Notes under the pieces: model-generated | The model's database searches: none | What the model saw: only the letters and a program-made list of their open reading frames with translations | Told to the model about the DNA's origin: nothing | Translations under genes and position numbers: made by a program | Shown here: positions 10,503-20,170 of the stretch, piece by piece | How positions within the stretch are numbered: position 1 is the stretch's first letter | Layout: each line of letters begins with the position of its first letter | Origin: a virus | IMG/VR virus record: IMGVR_UViG_3300036406_001149 | Direction: 5' to 3' (one strand) | DNA length: 64,000 bases

Positions 10503-10941
10503 TGTATATGTTTTCCGGAGTTAATGCTTCTATATAGATAGGTTTTTTCCATGTTAATTGAAGTAGTGTGTCAATGTCTTTATTACAAGTAATAACATCT
10601 ATTTTTGGATTATCGAAAATCTTTTCCCATAATTCATAATTAATATTATAGTTTTTCGTCCACGCTACATTATCGTTATGAATATAAAAAATATGTTTAA
10701 TATTTGGAAAATTAATTGCCAAATCAATTGATAAAATATCCCAAGTAATGAGTGTATCATAACAGTATTTAGCTTCGTGTATAGGCAATACTGGAAAATT
10801 CTTTAAAATATTTTCTGTATTGTATCCAAACGTAAACATTCGTAGATTAATATCGTCATGATGATATGTTAATTCGTTCAGAGCACTAACAATGCCATGA
10901 CACGAATCGTCTGAAACAATGCACATCATACCTAAATTCAT
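10489..10941 (-). CDS. Hypothetical protein, resembles an isolated glycosyltransferase N-lobe
   Basis: 150 aa intact ORF coupled by an ATGA overlap; alpha/beta pattern; function weakly supported. Confidence 0.35.
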   Translation of the reverse strand: MNLGMMCIVSDDSCHGIVSALNELTYHHDDINLRMFTFGYNTENILKNFPVLPIHEAKYCYDTLITWDILSIDLAINFPNIKHIFYIHNDNVAWTKNYNINYELWEKIFDNPKIDVITCNKDIDTLLQLTWKKPIYIEALTPENIYNVIR

Positions 10942-11696
10942 ACAGATAATCCTAATTGTTTTGTGATATTGGAAATAAATTTATTACTATCTATAGATAA
11001 ATTTTCTACTCTAAAGGAACAACTATCTATAGTATCAATAGTATCTGGTTTCTTAACAGATAATAGTTGATTAGATATCAAATTAATAACTGGTTTTTTC
11101 ATCATTAATGCGTCTACATAATACAAATTATCTATATTTATATAATAAGCACACTGCTTGATAAGATTCAAGATTTTATCCTCTGATGCAACACCCAGAT
11201 TCTGTACATGCTCTACTTTGGGATTATTAATCAATTTAACTGGCATAGTTGTATTCTCGGGGTAGAATAGTTTATTTAGAGATCCTATCATATCAGGAGC
11301 TTCTAGACAAGACATATTGCATAATATATATGAACTATTGCTTGTTGTTTGATTATTACTAGTATTAGGATATTCATCATATAACAAATAATCATTAGTA
11401 CTAATAAAGACAAAATTTTCATTCTTAATATTATTAGTATTTTCAGTATTTAATAAAACAATTTTTGTATTAGTGATTAAATTTTTTTGTATAATATCAT
11501 TTATGCAATTTTGTATATGGTAATTTGATAATACATAATTATCTAATAATAAATATTTAGGCTTATAATGTAAAATTATTTCGTAAATATTATCTGGATT
11601 AAATAAATTCATAGACACAACACCTGTAATATTACAGATGTTTTTATAAAACAAAAGATTGGTTCTAGAAGGATTATTATTAGAATATATGTTCAT
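10938..11696 (-). CDS. Hypothetical protein, degenerate GT-B-like
   Basis: 252 aa; QNLG...ILNLIKQCAYYI...YYVDALMMKKPVI resembles the GT-B C-lobe motif (E-A-x-x-x-G-x-P-V-I) in eroded form. Confidence 0.4.
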   Translation of the reverse strand: MNIYSNNNPSRTNLLFYKNICNITGVVSMNLFNPDNIYEIILHYKPKYLLLDNYVLSNYHIQNCINDIIQKNLITNTKIVLLNTENTNNIKNENFVFISTNDYLLYDEYPNTSNNQTTSNSSYILCNMSCLEAPDMIGSLNKLFYPENTTMPVKLINNPKVEHVQNLGVASEDKILNLIKQCAYYINIDNLYYVDALMMKKPVINLISNQLLSVKKPDTIDTIDSCSFRVENLSIDSNKFISNITKQLGLSV

Positions 11697-12373
11697 ATGG
11701 ATTTATGATTAATAATTTTTTTAATTTTTACAGGGTTTACTTTATCTATATTGAATACAATATTATGTTCTATAAGTAAATTTATATATTCAAATAAAAA
11801 CATATTTTGTATTTTAATACCAGCCATACGTTGTGTAATATTTTTAATATTTTGGATATCTTTGTGTGAAAAATAGCACATCTCTGCCCACAGTAAATCG
11901 AGGTCGTAGCACAGGTATTCGGCTTTCATCTGATTGTGTCCTATGCCTATATCGAAATGATTTTCTTTATCGTTGTTAGCTAGTGCAATCAAACTAGATT
12001 CTTCTAAATTTTTAGGTTTATATGATGAGACTATACCGCTGGAATATACCATAATAGACCCATCTTTTATATGGTCTAAACATCTAGTAAAACTATACAA
12101 CTGATTAGTTATTTCAAATTTATCATTATAAATAATATTAATACTACTGTTTAATACTTTAAATGTTTTTAGAATCTCTAATACTTTATCAGCATGAAAT
12201 CCCAACACTATATGTATTTGATGCTTATGTCCTTTATAAGCATGTTGTAGTAACTCTATTTGCTTCACTATCAACGGTTTTTTATTTTTGGGATCTATTG
12301 TCAGAATAGCTTTGGGCCCATAGGACTTCATACCTTTTGGTATTTCACAAGCTAAAATAACGATATTAATCAT
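11693..12373 (-). CDS. Sugar-phosphate nucleotidyltransferase-like protein (LicC/MobA-like fold), signature eroded
   Basis: IVILACEIPKGMKSYGPKAIL...PLIVKQIELL...IHIVLGF...NDKFEITNQLYS; the usual ILAAGxGxR glycine loop is replaced by ILACEIPKG. Confidence 0.55.
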   Translation of the reverse strand: MINIVILACEIPKGMKSYGPKAILTIDPKNKKPLIVKQIELLQHAYKGHKHQIHIVLGFHADKVLEILKTFKVLNSSINIIYNDKFEITNQLYSFTRCLDHIKDGSIMVYSSGIVSSYKPKNLEESSLIALANNDKENHFDIGIGHNQMKAEYLCYDLDLLWAEMCYFSHKDIQNIKNITQRMAGIKIQNMFLFEYINLLIEHNIVFNIDKVNPVKIKKIINHKSI

Positions 12374-13140
12374 ATAATCTCTATGTTGTATAGATCTGTT
12401 ACTCGATGTATTTCATCTATCACGAAATCTATATTCTTATCCATCGCCGTATAAAAAGATGTTGGAATAGCTAATTTTTGAAAATCCCTATCCGTAAGCT
12501 GTTCTGATACAATAATTTTTTTATTTATGCAATGCTTGAATATTTCTTGAGAGGAATCAATTTGTTCTGTTGTGAAATCATTTTTAATGACAAAAATCAG
12601 TGCTGCTATCGGAGGTAGACCAGTTCTAAGGACGCTATCTAATATCATATTGTCGCTGGTATCATCGACCACAAAGTGAATCTTCCATTTGATTGGGAGA
12701 TTATATTCTTCTATGTATTTTGCAACATTGTCTTTGATATTAGTATTTGTTTTACGAATAATAAATGATATTAATCTTGGTTTTGAAACTAAGTTATTAA
12801 TATTGTCTAATGTCTTATTAATATAGTTTTTATCAGATGATGACAAGAACACTAATAAGTAGTAGTTTATAGTAGATTCTTTAAGAACAATGTTTTCTAA
12901 AGATTCGTCTGTTGGATTATTGTCTTGTACAACAGATGCCCACTCAGCCAATCTTGCATAAGGACAATAAAAATCATTAATAATATAGCTATTTGTTGTC
13001 TCGTCAACTTCCAGGTTGTCTTTATTGTATAACAGCTGTAGCTTATTAACAATTCTCTCCGTTACCCCCAGCTGACAGGATGTTTGTTTATTGTTTTCGT
13101 CTGTAATTTTAAATATGCATTTGTTACATTTTGTCTTCAT
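12370..13140 (-). CDS. Hypothetical protein with N-terminal Cys cluster and GT-A-like C-terminal part
   Basis: 256 aa; CNKC...CQLG...FYCPY then YLLVFL..D...INKTLDNI; coupled by ATGA overlap. Confidence 0.35.
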   Translation of the reverse strand: MKTKCNKCIFKITDENNKQTSCQLGVTERIVNKLQLLYNKDNLEVDETTNSYIINDFYCPYARLAEWASVVQDNNPTDESLENIVLKESTINYYLLVFLSSSDKNYINKTLDNINNLVSKPRLISFIIRKTNTNIKDNVAKYIEEYNLPIKWKIHFVVDDTSDNMILDSVLRTGLPPIAALIFVIKNDFTTEQIDSSQEIFKHCINKKIIVSEQLTDRDFQKLAIPTSFYTAMDKNIDFVIDEIHRVTDLYNIEII

Positions 13141-13145
13141 AATAA

Positions 13146-13565
13146 TTATTTGATTCTTTGAACTGTTAAAATTTTAAATAAACCAGAAATATTATTTTCT
13201 AAAATACGTAAATTAGGTAGCTGAGAACACACATGAACTATAAATGATTGATCCCACATGGATTTATGTGCATTTAATATTTGATTAAAATTTTCAAAAT
13301 CTATTCTATTACGATAGAGGTCTATACCGAATGTGTCTAAATCTATAAATCGTAACTTTAATAATCCATCTTTTTTCAGCTTATGAGACATTTCTAGAAA
13401 AATAGCATTTCTTTGCTCTAATGTTAATTCATCTAAAAAATTACAAATCATAGTGTCTACAGATCCATTGGATACTTTTTGTAGTTCACTAACGTGTACA
13501 GGAGTAAAATCACTAACAATATGATTTTCTGTAATATATAGATTAATACTTTTATTCTTGAGCAT
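13146..13565 (-). CDS. Truncated SAM-methyltransferase-like protein
   Basis: SNGSVDTMICNFLDEL...FLEMSHKLKKDGLLKLRFIDLD resembles the second half of class I methyltransferases; no GxG motif. Confidence 0.45.
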   Translation of the reverse strand: MLKNKSINLYITENHIVSDFTPVHVSELQKVSNGSVDTMICNFLDELTLEQRNAIFLEMSHKLKKDGLLKLRFIDLDTFGIDLYRNRIDFENFNQILNAHKSMWDQSFIVHVCSQLPNLRILENNISGLFKILTVQRIK

Positions 13566-13567
13566 AT

Positions 13568-14455
13568 TTAATAATACCTTGTAGCTGTTAGTTTGTCAAA
13601 AAAAAGTTGTAGTTTATCATTTCTATCATCCGATATTAGGTTAGACAAAACATTATTATCTTGACCAAATAAAGAACATGAAATTGTATTAATAGTTTTA
13701 TTCAAAACTTTAACTAGTTCATCCTCATTAGAGATAGAAACAGTATTAAATAGATTATTATACAATATAGTATTTTTGCCTGTGCTGATATAAAAAGCTT
13801 TTGCTATGATGCTAGCAAAACATTCCAGAGGGGATGCATTAGAAAAATCTATACAGTACCTATAACGAGACAATGTGGTAATCAGGTCGTTTATAGAAGC
13901 AGGATATATGTCTAGTGTATCGCAACTCAATTGATTGTTTTTTAATAAAGCAATTATGCTAGGATTAATTTTGGTTGTATTATAATTGATAATCGCAATA
14001 TCTTTAATTTTATCTATATCTTTAATTACTGGAGCTTCCGTACTTGAACATAGAGGTATTTGTAAAACCCTGTCTTTATATTTGTCAGCAACATTGTGTT
14101 CAGAATCAGCTATTGTTAAATAATATAAATTATCTATGCTATTTAGTAATTCTAGATTTATATCAGAGGCGGTTGTCTGTGTCACTAATACTAAAGGTAT
14201 TTCTGACGTATTAGACAAATTAATGATCTGTTCGTTTAGATAATTAGTTAAGATAAAATCATAATTAAAAAATTGAATATCATTAATTTGAGTTATAGCA
14301 TTATTACCATTATTTTGAGTACTGAAATAGGATGTCTTTTCTGTCGGTAAAATCAAACTATCTAGATATAAATTTCTGGTATTAAAACTACAAAATATAT
14401 TAGTATCTATAGAATTATATTTATGAATAATATTTTTCATTAAATTGATTGACAT
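13568..14455 (-). CDS. Hypothetical protein, degenerate GT-B-like
   Basis: 295 aa; LSRYRYCIDF...PLECFASIIAKAFYI resembles the GT-B C-lobe pattern. Confidence 0.4.
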   Translation of the reverse strand: MSINLMKNIIHKYNSIDTNIFCSFNTRNLYLDSLILPTEKTSYFSTQNNGNNAITQINDIQFFNYDFILTNYLNEQIINLSNTSEIPLVLVTQTTASDINLELLNSIDNLYYLTIADSEHNVADKYKDRVLQIPLCSSTEAPVIKDIDKIKDIAIINYNTTKINPSIIALLKNNQLSCDTLDIYPASINDLITTLSRYRYCIDFSNASPLECFASIIAKAFYISTGKNTILYNNLFNTVSISNEDELVKVLNKTINTISCSLFGQDNNVLSNLISDDRNDKLQLFFDKLTATRYY

Positions 14456-15558
14456 ATTTGTTGTCCTATATTATTGTAACTGAATCTCTCTAAATATTTA
14501 GTATCAGAAACAGTTTTTTTATCATTAAAAGCAGATCTCATTTGTTGTCTTAAATGCATAATACTTGGAATAAACCATGTCTCATTTGCATTATAAAAAT
14601 CTAGACCATTTACATATGTTGTGTCTTCCATGAGTACTGGTTGCTCAGAGCTTTGCACATAATAAAAGTCATCAGTGTCTAACATTTCTGAGATACCAAT
14701 ACCGTCTGATAGGATAGCCGTGTTGCCAGAACAAACCGCTTCTGCCGCTGGTCTACAAAATGCTTCTCCATAGGATACGGCAACAAAACAATCGCACGTT
14801 TTGTGTAATGATTGCATCTCTAAATCTGATAGTCGTTTAGTAATTATGGTTTCTGTCTTATATTTATTTTTAATTCTGAAGCGTGTTTTCAGTTTTACAA
14901 TATCTTGCTCTATATGTTGTTTAGCTTGTTCGCTTGTTAATCCCGGCATAGATGTTTTTATTATTAGTTCTACTGGTTCGTTAATATCGAATTCTAAATT
15001 AAAAGCAATAATAATATCTTTTATGTTTTTTCTTTGAATATATTCTCCAATAAAATAAAATTTAAACGTATTAGAGGATAAGCCCATATCTAATACTTTA
15101 CTTGAATGATTTTTTATTAGATTAGTATCGATGGGTTGAGAAATAGTCGATATTGGTATACGAACACCAGAATTTATCAGTGCATTTTTTTCTTTTAAAG
15201 ACGGGACTAATAACTGATCCATAATATTAATAGATGCTATTCCGGAGGAAAAGAATCTATTGTTTTCTATAACTGTTAATCCTATATTTTTCCCAAAATC
15301 TCCATTATACACAAAAGACTGAGGCATAGATTTTTGTATAACATAATCATAATAAGTATAGGATTGTTTTTCCGCATTAAGTATTTGTTTATTATCTATA
15401 ACACATTTAGCTCCTCTATTAGTATAGAAAGAGACGGGAACCACATTATGGTGTGTGCTTAATAAAGCTAATAGATAATCTCTAGACGCTAGTCCCCAAC
15501 CATCATGCTGTCTATATGGAGCTATGTATAATATATTTTTAGGTTGTTTTGTTTGCAT
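14440..15558 (-). CDS. Glycosyltransferase family 4 (GT-B)
   Basis: FYFIGEYIQRKNIKDIIIAF...CDCFVAVSYGEAFCRPAAEAVCSGN: canonical GT4 E-x7-E motif. Confidence 0.85.
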   Translation of the reverse strand: MQTKQPKNILYIAPYRQHDGWGLASRDYLLALLSTHHNVVPVSFYTNRGAKCVIDNKQILNAEKQSYTYYDYVIQKSMPQSFVYNGDFGKNIGLTVIENNRFFSSGIASINIMDQLLVPSLKEKNALINSGVRIPISTISQPIDTNLIKNHSSKVLDMGLSSNTFKFYFIGEYIQRKNIKDIIIAFNLEFDINEPVELIIKTSMPGLTSEQAKQHIEQDIVKLKTRFRIKNKYKTETIITKRLSDLEMQSLHKTCDCFVAVSYGEAFCRPAAEAVCSGNTAILSDGIGISEMLDTDDFYYVQSSEQPVLMEDTTYVNGLDFYNANETWFIPSIMHLRQQMRSAFNDKKTVSDTKYLERFSYNNIGQQICQSI

Positions 15559-17218
15559 AATCTATAAAATCTTCACTAGTTAACAATGACGGATTACATC
15601 TAGCATATTCTACATTATTATAGTTAGTAATAATACTATTGATATCTTTGATAATATTATTAATAGAGTACGACACAACAGACGCTCCGTCGTACAGCAT
15701 TGAGTTTTGTGCAAAATATATGTTTTTTAATAACCAATAGGTAGACATATCTAGTCCTGTTGATTTAAATTGATTATGTAGACTATAAATTTGTTCATAA
15801 ACTGTTTTATCTCTTATTTCTGGATTAATATTTATAGTTGGAATTTGTTGATAAGACATATTTTCCCATCGACTACGATAGTAATCCGTATCAACAGTGT
15901 CTATATAATCCATCCACTTCTGAACAGTATCCTGCCAGGAGTACTCATTGGTTGCTAAATTTTTATTAGTAAAACCTATTTTAGCTAATATATTCTGAGG
16001 TTTATGGATCAAAGAATATAATTTATCTACAGTATCATCTTTATCTGGATATACTCTGATAGCCCCTGTTTCCAATTCTTTGAATTTTAATCCGAGCTTA
16101 ATGGGTTGGGCATTGATTTTTTTAATCATGTCCTCCATTGCGCTATAATTTACGGTTAAAACAGGAACCCCACAGTAGCTTGCCTCAACCTGGGGCATAC
16201 CAAAGCCTTCACAGATAGAATATTGAACATATACATCGAATATTGACATTATTTTACCTAATGCCGCTTCTCCTATAGCGTTTCCAACATTCGGTATTAT
16301 GGCAGACTTTTGTTTACACTTATAGCATTTTTGTGTAAAGCCAGCTAAATTTGATGCAAAAATAGCGTTGCAGCTTCTGCACCAATATGTAAAGTATATT
16401 TTATTTGAAACCTTACTATTCTTGATTAACTCAAACATATCCCATCCAGCATCGGGATAACTTGTGTGCAAATATAATATAATTTGATTGCTTTTTTCTG
16501 ATTGTTCATTACGCAAACGATCAACTAACGCTTCGAAAGCTTGGATTAATTCAGGGAAAAGTTTTCTCTTTTGGTTTCTCATTACAGTACCAATGACGAT
16601 ATTGTCTTTTGATAGAGCTAATGAACCCTTTATTTCTTGTTTTTGAGCTAGTGAAACCTGCTGATAACTTGAGGCATTAGCTGCTGGAGATGCTGTTGAT
16701 ATATATTTAATCTTATTACTTGTTTGCTGTTTTAGGACTTCTGCTCCCCAGTCACTATATGTAAATACAGCATTAGCATTGATATAAGTATCTAGCCATT
16801 CCTCTTTTTGAGGAAATGAATCTATGGTTGGCATAAGAATCCAATGAAAATATTTGCGTAAAGGAGAAAACCTCTGATACGCAGACATCCAATAATCTCT
16901 AATGTCTATAACTATTTCCGGCTTAAAATCTAAAACAACTCTATCAAAACGCCATTTGCCGAATTGGTTTTCGGGAGAGCTATTATATAACTGTTCTCTT
17001 TTATCATCTTTTTCTATCGCATTTGGATAGTACTTCCATGGGATATTAAACTTTTCTTTATCCCCTATTAATCCATATGAAGCAAACTCAGCAATTTCAT
17101 ATTTATTGCTTTCAAATAATCCTTTTAGCAAGGCTTTATTGTATGTTCCAAAGCCTGAAGAAACTTTAGATGATTCTGAACATACTAAAATTCTAGTTTT
17201 ATGTTTTTGATTAGTCAT
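15539..17218 (-). CDS. Glycosyltransferase family 4 with internal Zn ribbon
   Basis: VIGTVMRNQKRKLFPELIQAF...FDVYVQYSICEGFGMPQVEASYCGVPV; CRSC...CYKC insert. Start placed at ATG 17218 (MTNQK) because the track extension to 17269 runs through a terminator hairpin. Confidence 0.85.
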   Translation of the reverse strand: MTNQKHKTRILVCSESSKVSSGFGTYNKALLKGLFESNKYEIAEFASYGLIGDKEKFNIPWKYYPNAIEKDDKREQLYNSSPENQFGKWRFDRVVLDFKPEIVIDIRDYWMSAYQRFSPLRKYFHWILMPTIDSFPQKEEWLDTYINANAVFTYSDWGAEVLKQQTSNKIKYISTASPAANASSYQQVSLAQKQEIKGSLALSKDNIVIGTVMRNQKRKLFPELIQAFEALVDRLRNEQSEKSNQIILYLHTSYPDAGWDMFELIKNSKVSNKIYFTYWCRSCNAIFASNLAGFTQKCYKCKQKSAIIPNVGNAIGEAALGKIMSIFDVYVQYSICEGFGMPQVEASYCGVPVLTVNYSAMEDMIKKINAQPIKLGLKFKELETGAIRVYPDKDDTVDKLYSLIHKPQNILAKIGFTNKNLATNEYSWQDTVQKWMDYIDTVDTDYYRSRWENMSYQQIPTININPEIRDKTVYEQIYSLHNQFKSTGLDMSTYWLLKNIYFAQNSMLYDGASVVSYSINNIIKDINSIITNYNNVEYARCNPSLLTSEDFIDYANKTT

Positions 17219-17236
17219 GAAAATTTGTGTGTTTAT

Positions 17237-17267
17237 AAAAATAGGGCTGTCTTTTTTCAACAGCCCC
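17237..17267 (-). terminator. Rho-independent terminator downstream of ssb
   Basis: Minus strand GGGCTGT-TGAAAAAAG-ACAGCCC (7-bp stem, 17244..17266) followed by TATTTTT. Confidence 0.7.
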
Positions 17268-17293
17268 ATCTTTAAATCTGTTTATGGGATAAC

Positions 17294-17662
17294 TTAGAAA
17301 GCCACAGCCTCTGTATCAACTGACTGAGACTTAGACAGCTTGGTGATCTTAGAAAAGTTGTTTACTCTAATACGTAGAGTACTATGCTTGACCCCATCCT
17401 TTTCCCACGAGTCATTTCTAAGAGATCCTTCTACCATTACCAAGTCACCCTTCCTAAAGGATTCCGCTATAATCTCTGCTCCAGAATCCCAAGCTTCGCA
17501 ATTAACAAAAGTGGTAATCTTATCCTTTTCGCCAGAAGCCTTGGTATATTCACGAGATACAGCAATGGTGAAATTTACCACAGACACAGGCTTTGATCTG
17601 CCTTCGATTTTCCTAATCTCAGGATCACGAGTTAGATTACCTCTAAGTAATACAATATTCAT
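17294..17662 (-). CDS. ssb: Single-stranded DNA-binding protein
   Basis: MNIVLLRGNLTRDPEIR...FTIAVSR...FVNCEAWD..AE...KGDLVMVEGSLRNDSWEKDG; AAGGAA RBS 8 nt before ATG 17662; short acidic-aromatic tail (EAVAF). Confidence 0.95.
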   Translation of the reverse strand: MNIVLLRGNLTRDPEIRKIEGRSKPVSVVNFTIAVSREYTKASGEKDKITTFVNCEAWDSGAEIIAESFRKGDLVMVEGSLRNDSWEKDGVKHSTLRIRVNNFSKITKLSKSQSVDTEAVAF

Positions 17663-17709
17663 ATTCAAATTTCCTTTGTAAAAAGTTAAAAATCACGCAA
17701 ACGCACAGT

Positions 17710-17738
17710 ATAGTATTGGTGGTGTACCAGCATGTCAA
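17710..17738 (-). promoter_or_regulatory. Sigma70-type promoter for ssb
   Basis: Minus strand TTGACA (17738..17733), 17-nt spacer, TACTAT (17715..17710); the -35 overlaps the dnaE C-fragment stop codon. Confidence 0.65.
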
Positions 17739-19297
17739 GTTTTTGCTAAAAACGTCTTTTCAGCAACAAACGAATCCTTATTTTTAGATATATTGCCCTT
17801 GATGATAATAATATTACCTTCAAATAATTGGTTACGGTATTGTCTAAAAGTTTCTGGAAAATATACCACAGAATCCAAACAGGCAGTACCATCATTTATG
17901 GATAGAAAAGCCATCTCGGCTCCAGCATTTTTGCCCTTCTTTGTTTTGACTATATTGATATTCTCTATCTCACCGGCCACCATCAAATTATTGTTGCTGC
18001 ATTTATTATGCTTAATGTCTCTACAAGAATGACTTACCATGTGAATATCATACATGTCTATTTTAGAACAGGAGATAGAATAACCCAACAACATGTTCTC
18101 AGTATCAACAAGCCATTCTATAGAGTCTTCAATGGAAAATGGAGGATTTTTCATTGTTTTACATAAATTATTGACTATTTCTTTACGTTTATTCAAAGTT
18201 ATTTTTTCTTTTAATTGACACAGACTAGTATATAGATCATCTGTGTTCAAAGATATACTCTTAAGTAGAGCGACCTCTTTGGGTGTTAATTCTAATAACA
18301 TACTGTAATCCAACAGCATTTTGTTTCTGTGTAACTTCAAATAATCCAATGCTCCGGATTGAATTAGTGCTTTACTAGCTGTGGAATTCAATTCATACAA
18401 AACATCTATCAAAAATTCTGTCCATTTTAATTTAGCAAGATCTAGATTGTCTGTATGTATTAGGTGTTTTAGTTTTTTAAATGCTGATTGACCAAAACCT
18501 TTAATATCTGTTAGTCCGAAATATATATGTTGGTTTTTAAGTTCTATAAGATCGTTTAGCATTCTTACATCTGGATTACATATACTAATTCCCATCTCTA
18601 TAGCATTTTGTACCAGTTCTTTAATTTCTTGTTGAGGATCTATTTTATCTTTGGCAAATCTTAGGTAAGCCGTAAAAAAATAAACAGGATAGTGAGCTTT
18701 AGCATATGCTGATAAGTAACAATTCATAGCATAACTAATAGCGTGCGATTTATTAAAAGAATATCTTTGACTTTTTTCGATCCATCCGAAAACCTGATCA
18801 GCTTGTTCTGCATTTAATAATTTTCTATTAGCACAACCGTCTATAAATTTGATTTTAAGTTTTGCCATTTCTTCTGGTTTCTTTTTACCAATAGCTTTAC
18901 GCAAATTGTCTGCTTCTTGCAAATCGAAACCAGCAATATCTTTAGCTATTTGCATAGCTTGTTCCTGATATACCATTTCACCATATGTAGTATTCAGAAT
19001 AGGCTCCAAACACTCATGAAAATAATCGATATCTTCGACACCATTCTTTTTGTCGATATAGTGACTGGTTACGCTTTTTCCGTCTCTATATGCCTCCAAA
19101 CATCCTGGTCGCATAATAGAAATTAGTGCAGCTAATTCTTCTATATTTGATGGTTTTAGTTTTTTAGCCAAAGACCTTCCTAGCCTGGACTCCAACTGAA
19201 AACACCCCTTAGTATTTCCATTTGATATTAAATTCCAGGTTTTGGAACAAGCCAAATCAATTTTAGATATATCTGCTTCAAACATCTCCAAAGGCAC
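17735..19297 (-). CDS. dnaE: DNA polymerase III alpha subunit, C-terminal part (fingers, HhH, OB)
   Basis: NTKGCFQLES, LISIMRPG, YGEMVYQEQAMQI, ADNLRKAIGKK, YSFNKSHAISY, C-terminal OB fold (EMAFLSINDGT). Start GTG 19297 or ATG 19285. Confidence 0.92.
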   Translation of the reverse strand: MPLEMFEADISKIDLACSKTWNLISNGNTKGCFQLESRLGRSLAKKLKPSNIEELAALISIMRPGCLEAYRDGKSVTSHYIDKKNGVEDIDYFHECLEPILNTTYGEMVYQEQAMQIAKDIAGFDLQEADNLRKAIGKKKPEEMAKLKIKFIDGCANRKLLNAEQADQVFGWIEKSQRYSFNKSHAISYAMNCYLSAYAKAHYPVYFFTAYLRFAKDKIDPQQEIKELVQNAIEMGISICNPDVRMLNDLIELKNQHIYFGLTDIKGFGQSAFKKLKHLIHTDNLDLAKLKWTEFLIDVLYELNSTASKALIQSGALDYLKLHRNKMLLDYSMLLELTPKEVALLKSISLNTDDLYTSLCQLKEKITLNKRKEIVNNLCKTMKNPPFSIEDSIEWLVDTENMLLGYSISCSKIDMYDIHMVSHSCRDIKHNKCSNNNLMVAGEIENINIVKTKKGKNAGAEMAFLSINDGTACLDSVVYFPETFRQYRNQLFEGNIIIIKGNISKNKDSFVAEKTFLAKT

Positions 19298-19970
19298 CCT
19301 TAAATTTAATTTTTTGTGATAAATTCTTATGTAACTTTAAAAATCTAAGTAAGATATCAGCACAATCTTTTACATCTTTTAGAGCGTCGTGAGCATTATC
19401 TTTAGATATAGAAAAATAATCTCTAACATTATCTAATGATATTGATTTGACATCTTCTAAATACATAAACCAATAATATAATAGATTCATAATATCTATT
19501 ACGTCTCGTGGGTAAAAAATATTACTATCGTTTTCTTTATTGACTGTATTAAATTTTTGAGCCATACGATTAACTATTTTTAGATCAAATCTGTTGATAT
19601 TATATCCAGAAGCTATAGGAGCAGAAAATTCATTTTTCTTACTAGTTCTCGAATGATACTTATCTAAATATCCACAGAATAAGGACCATGCTTGTTTTTG
19701 TGGCATAGCTTCTTTCCACGAACATAAAATATCATCTCTGGAACAATTCCTAACTTTGGCATGAAAATTTAGAATATCATTATCATATTCGTGATTAGGA
19801 TTGAGTTCTAAGCTTTCTGGCTTAAGCATTATATTAAATTCGGAATCCTTAACTATTTCTAATTTTATTGGATCCACTATCACAGCAGCTATTTGTACTG
19901 CACTACAAACATTAGGATTCACTCCGTCTGTTTCTAGATCAAAGATACATATTTTGTTACTAAATTTCAT
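19278..19970 (-). CDS. DEDDh 3-5 exonuclease (epsilon/DnaQ-like)
   Basis: IFDLETDG (ExoI), GYNINRFD (ExoII), HDALKDVKDC (ExoIII). Confidence 0.88.
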   Translation of the reverse strand: MKFSNKICIFDLETDGVNPNVCSAVQIAAVIVDPIKLEIVKDSEFNIMLKPESLELNPNHEYDNDILNFHAKVRNCSRDDILCSWKEAMPQKQAWSLFCGYLDKYHSRTSKKNEFSAPIASGYNINRFDLKIVNRMAQKFNTVNKENDSNIFYPRDVIDIMNLLYYWFMYLEDVKSISLDNVRDYFSISKDNAHDALKDVKDCADILLRFLKLHKNLSQKIKFKGAFGDV

Positions 19971-20146
19971 GCTGAAACCTTTACTCGCTGTAATGGAAGA
20001 ATCATGACTTTTTCTTTGGTGTCGTTACGAATGGCATTAAGCACCTTGCAACAACTAAGTCTTTCTTCTCCTATCTTTGTATATTCTAAATCATCTAATA
20101 CGAATACAGAATTTACCTCAATATCAATAAACTGTTTTTCTAACAT
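19967..20146 (-). CDS. Small hypothetical protein (59 aa), not in the ORF track
   Basis: MLEKQFIDIEVNSVFVLDDLEYTKIGEERLSCCKVLNAIRNDTKEKVMILPLQRVKVSA*; AAAGGG RBS; stop overlaps the exonuclease ATG (ATGA). Confidence 0.7.
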   Translation of the reverse strand: MLEKQFIDIEVNSVFVLDDLEYTKIGEERLSCCKVLNAIRNDTKEKVMILPLQRVKVSA

Positions 20147-20170
20147 ATTTAGAACCCTTTCTTTTTGGAA

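Noticed and set aside
17340-17681. Antisense ORF covering ssb, and the other short opposite-strand or nested track ORFs (for example 2601..2846, 14801..15037, 27696..27974, 49850..50200, 61255..61614)
   Set aside because: Fully shadow well-supported genes, have no RBS or recognisable motifs, and show the composition expected of reverse-frame translations.
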